DNA of 42,824 nt. Source: a virus. Lineage: Duplodnaviria > Caudoviricetes. Location of the stretch: positions 1-42,824 of IMG/VR virus record IMGVR_UViG_3300030372_002613. One strand, 5' to 3'. How positions within the stretch are numbered: the first letter of the stretch is position 1; every line of letters begins with the position of its first letter. The position numbers and the translations under genes are program-made. This document shows positions 9,608 to 18,103 of the stretch, piece after piece. Below the pieces are notes generated by a model. It saw only the letters and a program-made list of their open reading frames with translations. It was not told the origin of the DNA and did not search any database.

Positions 9608-10348
9608 TTAAAAGTCTTGCTTCGGTTTTAGCGCGTCGTCTTGCTTAGGAGGTGCAACTTTAACGTCGTTGTTTTTAACTCCTCCTGCAAAAGTTTTAGC
9701 CATTTGATATTGGTTAGTGTCTTTGACTGGACCCATAATTTCTATGTTCCAACCATGCCAAGAACCTTTATCATTCTTTTCTTGCACACTACTTATCTTG
9801 TACATGTGACTGAAAGAAGCAGGCGTAACCATTGTACCGTTAGGATGTGGAACTTTTAATCCCATCATCATGCTGTTCCATCTTCTAGCTTTTTTAAGCT
9901 GAGTAGAACTCATACTAATTACAGCAGTCTCTGCATTGTTTCCATCCATTAGTAGGATAAATTGATATGCTGTCTCAACTAGTATATTTCCATTCTCTAG
10001 TACGACTTCTCCTCGATCATTTCGCGGTTTGCCAGCAAGCTCGCTATCAGGTGTGTGTTCACCTACATAACCGCCGCCTTTTTCACGCGGTTTCCACTCT
10101 ACAAATGATCTCTTATACCCACAAGGGAGTACAGTGATTTCTTTATAAAGCTTGTTAGTCACACTATTGAATATCATTCCCGGTTTTGCGCCGTCAATTT
10201 CTTCAATTTGAGGACTAGTTTTTTGGATCAAAGAGATGAATGGAATAGCTAAATCTGAAGCTGTCATTTTCTCCAGACCTACGTTTGCATCTGCTGCAAA
10301 GTCAATAACTTGAAGTGCACCAGATTGTTTTTTTGTTACTTGATTCAT
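9608..10348 (-). CDS. Probable ssDNA-binding protein
   Basis: Position in the replication operon; beta-rich; C-terminal aromatic residue (DF). Confidence 0.45.
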   Translation of the reverse strand: MNQVTKKQSGALQVIDFAADANVGLEKMTASDLAIPFISLIQKTSPQIEEIDGAKPGMIFNSVTNKLYKEITVLPCGYKRSFVEWKPREKGGGYVGEHTPDSELAGKPRNDRGEVVLENGNILVETAYQFILLMDGNNAETAVISMSSTQLKKARRWNSMMMGLKVPHPNGTMVTPASFSHMYKISSVQEKNDKGSWHGWNIEIMGPVKDTNQYQMAKTFAGGVKNNDVKVAPPKQDDALKPKQDF

Positions 10349-10349
10349 G

Positions 10350-10904
10350 CTATTCTCCTCTCTTTATTTTAGCAATTTGCCCTATATGAACACCCAACAG
10401 ATCATGAGGTAGGGCTTTCCCCTTCTCTGTTTGTTCTCTGATAAATGCGTTTAGAGATTGTGGGTGAACACTCTCCTTATCAGTGAAACTTATACCTGAA
10501 TCATTAAGTAATTTTTTAAGTGTGATAGACTTTCCATCTTCACCCTTACCAAATACTGTTTTGATTTCATTCTTAATCATATCACCATGATTATTTTTTC
10601 TAAGCCATTTATAAGCTTCAGCCATACGTTCTTTACTTATATGACCTCTATAAAATGGTTTAATTTCTACCTTATCGCCGTTTGTAGTTTCAACTTTAGT
10701 TAATCCTATTTCAGCTAACTTATTAGGTAAATCTTCTTCTGTTAATCTTCGTAATTGTTCTTTACTAGCTTTGACTGCATCTTCTTTTATTTTAAGATTT
10801 TTTTCTACAGTAGCTATTGTATTAACAATATCAGACACCTCTTCTAAATCTGTATTTTTAGCAATTGGTGTTTCTTCTATTATTACTTTTTCTTTTAGTT
10901 TCAT
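10350..10904 (-). CDS. Phage replication-region protein (coiled-coil N-terminus)
   Basis: ORF; VHPQSLNAF motif recalled from phage hypothetical proteins. Confidence 0.6.
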   Translation of the reverse strand: MKLKEKVIIEETPIAKNTDLEEVSDIVNTIATVEKNLKIKEDAVKASKEQLRRLTEEDLPNKLAEIGLTKVETTNGDKVEIKPFYRGHISKERMAEAYKWLRKNNHGDMIKNEIKTVFGKGEDGKSITLKKLLNDSGISFTDKESVHPQSLNAFIREQTEKGKALPHDLLGVHIGQIAKIKRGE

Positions 10905-11218
10905 GCTGCCCTCCCGTGTATGTCAGTTTTTACTGGATAGTATTTTTTTTCTTGTCTATCCCATTTCAAGAAATTAACTTTACCTGCATTACTTTCACTT
11001 GCTATAGCTCCTGCTAATGCAATTGCAATTGGATCGCCCATAGTAAGAATAAAATCTTGGTCAGTATAATCCTTTAAATGTCTTCTAAGACGTTTAACTG
11101 TAGGAGCTGCTGATAGTACAACATCTCCAGGAGGTAGCATTAAAGTTAACTCGCCAAATTGTTGTGCAGGAAGCACATTACGATTAGCAACTTCTTGTAC
11201 TACGTATACCTTAGCCAT
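10901..11218 (-). CDS. Hypothetical alpha/beta protein
   Basis: ORF with purine-rich RBS; D..L..GDP motif. Confidence 0.6.
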   Translation of the reverse strand: MAKVYVVQEVANRNVLPAQQFGELTLMLPPGDVVLSAAPTVKRLRRHLKDYTDQDFILTMGDPIAIALAGAIASESNAGKVNFLKWDRQEKKYYPVKTDIHGRAA

Positions 11219-11230
11219 TTTCTCTTCTCT

Positions 11231-11629
11231 CTATTCATATATCCTTTGAATTATCTCATTCCATTTCCATGGCATTCCCCATATCCAAGCTTTTGACAAT
11301 TCGTTAATGTTAATTGACACTCTATCACCTTTAATACTTTTGTAAACAGAATTAATGATGACGTCACTGTTAATAAGATACAACAAATCATTTTTTCGCA
11401 TAAGCACTTTACAGTTTGCACCGTGTTTTCTTGCCTCGTTAAAAAATGCAATTTGTGTATTTTGAAACTGAACATTATTTCCTTTTCCAATCTTCAATTC
11501 TAACCACACCGTTTTTCCCTTGTGTGTTAGATGGCAATCCGGTATTCCCGCTCCTATTAAATTCTCTATTCTTAGCAGGTGACCTGGAACGTTCCTCTTC
11601 ACTAAAGCCCATAGTTCCTTTTCGCTCAT
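11231..11629 (-). CDS. PD-(D/E)xK nuclease (Holliday junction resolvase / VRR-NUC-like)
   Basis: SEKEL, RIEN..G.GIPD, WLELK, Q..F motifs. Confidence 0.8.
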   Translation of the reverse strand: MSEKELWALVKRNVPGHLLRIENLIGAGIPDCHLTHKGKTVWLELKIGKGNNVQFQNTQIAFFNEARKHGANCKVLMRKNDLLYLINSDVIINSVYKSIKGDRVSININELSKAWIWGMPWKWNEIIQRIYE

Positions 11630-11933
11630 CTAATACTCCAAATATATCGTGCCATACATAATGAGCGGCATCTTTAAGTTCAACATCTTTAATGGAATCT
11701 TTAAAATTAGTGTAATCAATTTCTTGAGGAAGATGTGTAAATAAATCAATTAATTCTTCCCTGTTGATCGTAACTCTATATTGATAGTCAGTAGCATGAG
11801 TATATATTATTCTCTCCTCGCTAAAATACGTAGTTAAATGTTCTTTACGTCTAGATCTAATCCAGAACTCTTCTGGGTTTGTATCTAGTATTCTAACTAT
11901 ACTATAGAATCCGTGATTAGTAAACACCCACAT
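11475..11933 (-). CDS. Hypothetical protein (MWVFT.HGFYS...DYQYR)
   Basis: Start overlaps the PolA stop; C-terminal ~50 codons overlap the nuclease gene. Confidence 0.6.
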   Translation of the reverse strand: MWVFTNHGFYSIVRILDTNPEEFWIRSRRKEHLTTYFSEERIIYTHATDYQYRVTINREELIDLFTHLPQEIDYTNFKDSIKDVELKDAAHYVWHDIFGVLDERKGTMGFSEEERSRSPAKNREFNRSGNTGLPSNTQGKNGVVRIEDWKRK

Positions 11934-13870
11934 TAAATCTTAACCTCCTTAACTTCTCCCCATGACGGGCCTTTTTCTACAGACACTTTTAATGGTACCT
12001 CTAGGTCAACACAGTTTTCCATAACTTCTACAACAGATTTTATTAATGGATTATCTGCATGAGTTATATCTAGTTCGTCGTGTACTTGTAAGTGCGGTAC
12101 AATTTTTAATTCTTTATATAACATTAACATAGCTTTTTTAGTTAAGTCTGCTGATGTACCTTGTATTAAAGCATTTAAAGCTTTATGAGTGTATGCACGT
12201 TTTAATGGTCTACCATTCCATACTTCCTCTGCTTCTTCTCTTCGTAATGGCATTTCTTTATTTGGCCATTTAAGTCTTGAATCAGAAGGTTCCCAAAAAT
12301 TAAAGTGTCTTTTTCGCCCTAATATTGTCCTAATTTCGCCACGATATACTACAGCTTGAGACGCCTCGTGCATAAGCCCCTTAACAAATGGGACATTTTC
12401 ATGGTATTTTTCGAGCAAATTTATGGCCTCATTATAATTAAGACCTAGCATTTGGCCTAGTTTATATGTACCCATACCGTACATAATTCCTAAGTTAATT
12501 GTCTTAGCTACTTTTCTATCTATCTTCGCCATCTTAGCTACTAATGTATGAAAGTCTGCATCTTTATTCTTATATGCTTCAACAGCTTCCTTCGAACCAC
12601 GTATCTTTCTTAATGCTGCATAATGAGCTAATACTCTAGGTTCTTGCTGATTATAATCTAATCTAAACCACTGATTTCTACCATGACTTGTTCCATGTTC
12701 TACTGGTTCTTCAGGTAAAAATAATGATCTAATTAATGGCCCCCAATATTCATCTCTTGCAGGTATTTGTTGTAAGTTAGGGTTGCTTGAGCTAAATCTT
12801 CCTGTTCTTGTACCATCAGAATCTTTTCTTAATTGATGAAATTGTGCATGGATACGACCATTAACACTCATCTCTAAACATACTTTTTGAATAAAGTCTC
12901 TTCTCATCTTATTTAGTTTTCTATACTCTGCAACTTTAGTTAAAAATGGCTCTGTACTAGAGGACATAAACTCAGCTGTAAATGATGGATTACCTGCTTG
13001 TGTTTCAGGAAACCATATCTTATTACGTTCACAAACAACTGCTAATTGATCATTACTCCATGGCTCAACAGGAAAACCTGCAAATTCACGTAAGTCTTTT
13101 AAAAATTTAGATTCTTCTTTTTTATATTGTTTATTTAATTTTTCAGCTTTATCAACGTCTATTCTTACACCTTGAAATCTCATATCTAATAATAGAGGAA
13201 TAAGCTCTGTTTCAAGCATAAATATTTTCCACAAATCATTCTCTTTAAGAATAGGTATTTGTTTCTTAAATATCTCTAGTGTATTAACAGCATCAATCTC
13301 CGCATATTCACCTACATAATGAGCAGGTAGTTTCCACATCTCTTTCTTAGGATTAATATTATATGCTTGAGCTGCAGCATTTAATAACGATTCATCTTTA
13401 CCTCTTCCTAAGTATCTTTCTGAGAGGACTTGTAAAGAGTAACCTTCTCTCCGTTCCTCATCAATAAGTGGTTCGGCGACTTGAACGTCGTAGAGATTGC
13501 CTTTGACATTAATCCCAACGGTTTTAAGCCATTCAAGATCATAGAGAATATTTGCTCCAACTTTGTCAATGCTATTCTCGAGAGTTTCTTTCGCCCATTG
13601 TAAGACACGGTTACGGTCAAGGTTACCTTCACCTGCATGTCCGATTGGGTAGTATCCTCTAAATCCTGTGTCTGTTGCCACTGATATTCCAATAAGTCTG
13701 CCATCTTTTCGTACGCCTCCTGGTCCGTTAGTTAATAAGTTTGGGTCATAAGTTTCACAATCAAATGCGATTAGTTTTGCTGAAGACAAGTTTGGGTAGT
13801 CCTGTGGTGGTGTCCACTTCGACTCCGGCCTCCAAAGCGGTAGTTGCTGGTTTCCATAATCTATTGGCAT
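11933..13870 (-). CDS. polA: Family A DNA polymerase with 3'-5' exonuclease
   Basis: ExoI FDCET, TRTGRFSS..PNLQQIP, motif A DYNQQEPR, motif B R..AK.INLGIMYG, motif C VHDEL. Confidence 0.96.
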   Translation of the reverse strand: MPIDYGNQQLPLWRPESKWTPPQDYPNLSSAKLIAFDCETYDPNLLTNGPGGVRKDGRLIGISVATDTGFRGYYPIGHAGEGNLDRNRVLQWAKETLENSIDKVGANILYDLEWLKTVGINVKGNLYDVQVAEPLIDEERREGYSLQVLSERYLGRGKDESLLNAAAQAYNINPKKEMWKLPAHYVGEYAEIDAVNTLEIFKKQIPILKENDLWKIFMLETELIPLLLDMRFQGVRIDVDKAEKLNKQYKKEESKFLKDLREFAGFPVEPWSNDQLAVVCERNKIWFPETQAGNPSFTAEFMSSSTEPFLTKVAEYRKLNKMRRDFIQKVCLEMSVNGRIHAQFHQLRKDSDGTRTGRFSSSNPNLQQIPARDEYWGPLIRSLFLPEEPVEHGTSHGRNQWFRLDYNQQEPRVLAHYAALRKIRGSKEAVEAYKNKDADFHTLVAKMAKIDRKVAKTINLGIMYGMGTYKLGQMLGLNYNEAINLLEKYHENVPFVKGLMHEASQAVVYRGEIRTILGRKRHFNFWEPSDSRLKWPNKEMPLRREEAEEVWNGRPLKRAYTHKALNALIQGTSADLTKKAMLMLYKELKIVPHLQVHDELDITHADNPLIKSVVEVMENCVDLEVPLKVSVEKGPSWGEVKEVKI

Positions 13871-14279
13871 TCTTCCATATCCTCTCTGCGTCTTTGTTTA
13901 CGTAATCTTCCAAGTAGACGATTTCCTTGCAAGACGTATTTAATAATAGCTTAACACAAGTCACACATGGACTTAAGGTGATATAAGCTTTCTCAATATG
14001 TTCAGTATTCTTACATTGGAGAATAGCGTTTTGTTCTGCGTGTATCGCTTCACATTTTTCGAGTCCTTCTCCACTTTTATATTTTGCTCCTTCACATGGT
14101 TTATCGATGCAGTGTCCTTGGCCCCTGCCGTTACCGTTGTATCCAGTAGCAAGAACAAGACCATGCTTATCAACCAGCACACAACCAACACGACGACGAG
14201 CGCACGTCCCGCGAGTACTAACAAGTTTCGCCATAGCGAGAAAATAGGTTGTTTTACTTGGTCTTTCATTAATTGCCAT
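13761..14279 (-). CDS. dCMP deaminase family protein
   Basis: TC.RR.VG, ATGYNG, HAEQNA, PCVTC zinc motifs. Confidence 0.9.
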   Translation of the reverse strand: MAINERPSKTTYFLAMAKLVSTRGTCARRRVGCVLVDKHGLVLATGYNGNGRGQGHCIDKPCEGAKYKSGEGLEKCEAIHAEQNAILQCKNTEHIEKAYITLSPCVTCVKLLLNTSCKEIVYLEDYVNKDAERIWKNANRLWKPATTALEAGVEVDTTTGLPKLVFSKTNRI

Positions 14280-15075
14280 CTGTTATATCCAAATCTGGCT
14301 TAGGAAAATCTAATAGAGTTCCTTTCTCTGCATGATCTATAAGCCATTGCGTTAATTCTTTTGGATGGTTAAATTGTGTAATATCAAAACTGTGATACGG
14401 CATAGTCTTAGGATTCTGTAATACATCAACAGCTTTCTCATAATCAGTCTCGTATAAGTGTTGACTTGCTGCAGTTAAGTATATATTTCCTAGTGGTAAT
14501 AAATGTCCAGTTCTTAATTTATATAATAAAGAAACAAATGCTGCGCACATTGTAAAATTAAATATGTCGTAAGGCCAACCTAACCATATATCACTTGACC
14601 GCATTGTGTCAAAAATATGTAGTTTATTATCTCTAATCATAAATTGTACAGCAACTGTGCAAGGAATATCTTTACTTGGTCTTGGATTAGGTCTCCATAT
14701 AGTTGCAACAGCTTGTCTTGTATTAGGATCATTGACTAGCTCATCTACAATATAAGTAAATTGATCAATTAACTGCGGACCATAAGCCCCATTAAAAAAG
14801 TATCCGTCATCTGAAAACTGACTAATTATTTCAGAATATTTCGAGATCATTCCTACTGTATTTCTACCAGTTAGTATAAATGCTGCTTCAGCAGGCATAA
14901 ATCTATAACCTAATTTTCTTGGTTCATACGTCACTATAGGATTTTTCATATCTACAATAGTGCTATGATTAAGTATTTCTAAAGTACCCTTCTCTCTAGG
15001 AGATACAACTTTTTTAGTTTTTAGTATGGTTGCTAAAGTTCTAAACCATTCATCATTAGCAGAATAACCGTACAT
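14269..15075 (-). CDS. Thymidylate-synthase-fold enzyme, Asp-type (probable dCMP methylase/hydroxymethylase)
   Basis: AYGP, TRQAV, DIPC catalytic Cys, MRSSDIWLGWPYD, SQHLYE. Confidence 0.85.
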   Translation of the reverse strand: MYGYSANDEWFRTLATILKTKKVVSPREKGTLEILNHSTIVDMKNPIVTYEPRKLGYRFMPAEAAFILTGRNTVGMISKYSEIISQFSDDGYFFNGAYGPQLIDQFTYIVDELVNDPNTRQAVATIWRPNPRPSKDIPCTVAVQFMIRDNKLHIFDTMRSSDIWLGWPYDIFNFTMCAAFVSLLYKLRTGHLLPLGNIYLTAASQHLYETDYEKAVDVLQNPKTMPYHSFDITQFNHPKELTQWLIDHAEKGTLLDFPKPDLDITDGN

Positions 15076-16088
15076 TATATAACTTCCTCCAAATCTTGCT
15101 CTATCTGTTTAAATCCCTCTCCATTAAGGAATCTTTTATAATAAGACGGATGTTTAATAATGCCATCAGGTTCTATTTTATGCTTTTGCAAAGTATCTGC
15201 GGCTACATTACCCATAGCTATTATGTCAATCTCATTTTGTTGTGCTTCTTCCACATATCTTAAATCAACTTTTCCATCCTTATTTTTTACGTTTGTATAA
15301 GCACATTCTCTTTCATTCAACCATAGGTTGTGAAGAGCTTGTGTCAAATATAAACTGCTATTATTATACTCATAAAACGGCCAAAATACACCCTTATACT
15401 TCGGATTAACTATTTCCCCGACGAATAAACGATGAGCAAAATGCCTATGCCCTAGTATATTATGATCTTCTGGGTCTAGAGCGGATTTCCATTGATGTTC
15501 TCTATGAGTTTTACCTACATGCATAAGTAAATCTACAAATTGATCTAAATGAGAACCCCATTTTTCAATAGTATATGGTAGACAATAAGGCATTTGTTGC
15601 ATTCCCCCAGAGAGAATCAATTGGTCTATGTAGTTTCCCTTATTTGTATGATCGGGGTTGCCATAGTACAAGTCTTTGTATAAATCGCAAAGTCGACCAA
15701 TATCATCATACATTTCTACTCTCATTTCCTTCATTAATTTATGTCTCTCAATAGTATTCTGATCAGGTAAACAATTGACATAGATAACTCCATGTTTTAA
15801 TGCTACACGATCACAAAATCTTCCTTGTAACGGCCAAGCACTTGTCCTTCTATAAGTCGTTGCATAACAAGCTTCACTAGGCCACCAACGATCTATAATT
15901 ACATTTGATAATTTAGACCACTTTGAAGCTAAATGAATAGCTCCTGTATGGTAATCAAATATCTTATCTTTCCATCTGTAGGTTAAATGCATATACCTAG
16001 TGTTAGGTACTCTCTCTTGTATCTTTTTTGCAAGAGTTGTTTTACCTACGGCGTCTGGACCGTCTAATACTATTATTTGCCCTTGCAT
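15075..16088 (-). CDS. dNMP kinase (P-loop) fused to a uracil-DNA-glycosylase-fold domain
   Basis: IIVLDGPDAVGKTT and IIDRWWPSE (kinase); LFVGE, YTNV, IIAMGNVA, HPSY (UDG superfamily). Confidence 0.75.
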   Translation of the reverse strand: MQGQIIVLDGPDAVGKTTLAKKIQERVPNTRYMHLTYRWKDKIFDYHTGAIHLASKWSKLSNVIIDRWWPSEACYATTYRRTSAWPLQGRFCDRVALKHGVIYVNCLPDQNTIERHKLMKEMRVEMYDDIGRLCDLYKDLYYGNPDHTNKGNYIDQLILSGGMQQMPYCLPYTIEKWGSHLDQFVDLLMHVGKTHREHQWKSALDPEDHNILGHRHFAHRLFVGEIVNPKYKGVFWPFYEYNNSSLYLTQALHNLWLNERECAYTNVKNKDGKVDLRYVEEAQQNEIDIIAMGNVAADTLQKHKIEPDGIIKHPSYYKRFLNGEGFKQIEQDLEEVI

Positions 16089-16474
16089 AAATCATCTAAC
16101 TTTGGTGGTTTCCAACCTATAGGTTTTACAATATCAATAGGTGATCTTTTTGTCGCAAGCCTAATTTTTTTCATATTAGCTTTATGTACTCTGTTCCATG
16201 CTTTGTCAAAATCTAATCCCATTAAATAAGCAGTTCCTAATGCTATGTAGACCGTATCAACTAAAGCGTCTAAAGTTCCTACCATATCTCCTTTGTGTAT
16301 AGCTTGTGATAGCTCCTCTAATTCTTCGAATTGATGTCTGTATCTAGCTCTTATTACATCAAGAGATAATTTTCTCGGACCTCCGGCATAACCAAGTTTA
16401 AATTTTTTATGAAAAGCTTCTATGTCCTTACATAGTTTCGAGCGCACTCTAGGCATTTTACTAAATCCCTCCAT
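16073..16474 (-). CDS. MazG/PRA-PH-like all-alpha NTP pyrophosphohydrolase
   Basis: FH.KF, EELEEL, LDALVD.VY..LG, VHKANM.K, KP.GW..P. Confidence 0.85.
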   Translation of the reverse strand: MEGFSKMPRVRSKLCKDIEAFHKKFKLGYAGGPRKLSLDVIRARYRHQFEELEELSQAIHKGDMVGTLDALVDTVYIALGTAYLMGLDFDKAWNRVHKANMKKIRLATKRSPIDIVKPIGWKPPKLDDLCKGK

Positions 16475-17301
16475 TTATCAGAAGATCCTAAACGTCCCTC
16501 TAACTTGTTAATTGGTTTAAATAATCTTTCTTCTAACTTTAACTTACCAACATATTGAGTTTCCCATAATACATTTCTTGCTTTATGAGGAAATAAAGGT
16601 GCAAATATGGTTGCTAAATAATTAGAGTCATAATATTCTCTTAATTTATCAAAAGTAGTTTGTAGATGATTTAACTCAGTCTTGTAATCTTTAATCGAAG
16701 CAAATGTTCCCCAATGGTATAATATCTTGTATCCCATCTCCTCTAGTAAAGAGCCAAATGCTTCGTAAGTCATTTCATTAACATGATTAGCGGCAGCACC
16801 AACTTTCTCATCCCAACATGGAGTTGAAAACCATGATACAGCGTCTTGTCCTAAGAATTTAGGTAAATGATCTAGGATAGCAATAGCTTTAATAGGTTCT
16901 ACATGTTCTAAGACCTCGAAACACGTGCTATAATTATATTGTAATCCGCCTGCTACATTGTTTTGATCAATAGTAGTAAAGTCAACTCCTGCTATTAAAT
17001 CAGGTTTAAAACTAGAGTTCTTAAACATCTCAGGTATATCCATTTTATTATATTCAATACCTAAGTATTTCTCAGGAGCTAATCTGCTTGTATAAAGCAT
17101 TCTAGCTAGTGGCATGTCTTTACCACAACCTATATCTATAACTCTTGCTGTTTTATATCTTGCTTGCAAATGTAAATACTTTGAAACATGTGTCCAACGT
17201 AAACAATGTGCAATATAGTCTCGGTGAATAAATCCACGAGCTTCTGCTTGATCAATACTCAAATGAGTATTATCTATCTCTTTTCCTCTTGCGTTAGCCA
17301 T
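16420..17301 (-). CDS. Class I SAM-dependent methyltransferase
   Basis: VIDIGCG, FEVLEH, STP, H..E.T motifs; no DPPY/NPPY or PC DNA-methyltransferase motif seen. Confidence 0.85.
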   Translation of the reverse strand: MANARGKEIDNTHLSIDQAEARGFIHRDYIAHCLRWTHVSKYLHLQARYKTARVIDIGCGKDMPLARMLYTSRLAPEKYLGIEYNKMDIPEMFKNSSFKPDLIAGVDFTTIDQNNVAGGLQYNYSTCFEVLEHVEPIKAIAILDHLPKFLGQDAVSWFSTPCWDEKVGAAANHVNEMTYEAFGSLLEEMGYKILYHWGTFASIKDYKTELNHLQTTFDKLREYYDSNYLATIFAPLFPHKARNVLWETQYVGKLKLEERLFKPINKLEGRLGSSDKWRDLVKCLECARNYVRT

Positions 17302-17317
17302 AAGGCTCTCCTCTCTG

Positions 17318-17581
17318 TTAGTCTGGTTTTTTTCTTAATTCTAATACTCCTCTACGTTCTAATAAACCTTGATAATAAGCCAGTATCCTATTAACACCAC
17401 CACGTTGTTTTGTTTTAACAACACTTTGTAGCTCTCCTAAAAGTTCAGGTCTTTTTACACTTCCCTTTTCTTTTAAAAGTTGTGCAATAACCATTGCTTG
17501 CTTAGGTAGTTTTGGTTCTATAGAATTTAAAATTATATTTGGATCTTTAAATATGTATACCCATTGTTCTTTTGTGCTCAT
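17318..17581 (-). CDS. Small winged-helix-like protein, paralog of 20053-20346
   Basis: Shares K..Q..I, EL...L, KT.Q, RI..YY...L...G pattern with the 97-aa ORF. Confidence 0.65.
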   Translation of the reverse strand: MSTKEQWVYIFKDPNIILNSIEPKLPKQAMVIAQLLKEKGSVKRPELLGELQSVVKTKQRGGVNRILAYYQGLLERRGVLELRKKPD

Positions 17582-17583
17582 AA

Positions 17584-17733
17584 TTATCTCTTTTTAGCTG
17601 TTCTCGCTGATCTCTTAAAATCATCGTCTGATGGAGCTCCTGATGCTCCCTTTTTTCTCATACGCTCTCCACTACCTGCTTTTATTCTTTTACGCTTAGC
17701 ATGAATGTTTGCATATAATCCTCTTTTTGCCAT
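17584..17733 (-). CDS. 49-aa basic protein MAKRGLYANIHAKRKRIKAGSGERMRKKGASGAPSDDDFKRSARTAKKR
   Basis: Translated by hand; AGGAG RBS; GLYANIHAKR family recalled from marine phages. Confidence 0.85.
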   Translation of the reverse strand: MAKRGLYANIHAKRKRIKAGSGERMRKKGASGAPSDDDFKRSARTAKKR

Positions 17734-17750
17734 AATATCTCCTATTTATA

Positions 17751-17857
17751 TTTCTAAAAGGAGGCTTCCACTCTCGCTTCCACCTCCCAACCTTAGAAAG
17801 GAGCCTAAATGATTAAACATAAAGGCATGAAGTTTGGAATAACTCCCTGTGCTTCAT
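17751..17857 (-). ncRNA. Structured leader RNA: two hairpins, one with a symmetric GGAA/GGAA internal loop and a GAGA tetraloop
   Basis: ATGAAG..CTTCAT stem; TTTCTAA..GGAGGT-GGAA-GC-GAGA-GT-GGAA-GCCTCC..TTAGAAA; directly downstream of a promoter. Confidence 0.55.
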
Positions 17858-17862
17858 AATTA

Positions 17863-17895
17863 ATATTAACAAATTTATTTCTGATTGTAAACGGA
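17863..17895 (-). promoter_or_regulatory. sigma70-like early promoter P4
   Basis: TCCG-TTTACA-N17-TAATAT. Confidence 0.75.
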
Positions 17896-17899
17896 ATAA

Positions 17900-18103
17900 T
17901 TAACAAATTGTGCCGACTAATTGATATTTTTTGCCATTTATAACTAGTTCATGCTTGTTTAGATCATCATGATACACGGTCTTCGGTCTGTGTTCACAAC
18001 TAGGCATATTAACTTTATAAATCCATAGTTTGCTGTCTACCTTAAAAGTTTCCTCAAAAGGTAGTAACAGCAAAACCATTAATACTTTACTTTTTATCAT
18101 CAT
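17900..18103 (-). CDS. Hypothetical protein
   Basis: ORF overlapping the upstream gene; hydrophobic N-terminus. Confidence 0.5.
   Translation of the reverse strand: MMIKSKVLMVLLLLPFEETFKVDSKLWIYKVNMPSCEHRPKTVYHDDLNKHELVINGKKYQLVGTIC

Noticed and set aside
5605-17394. Plus-strand and alternate-frame ORFs inside the replication arm
   Set aside because: They lie within well-supported genes and have no recognisable motifs
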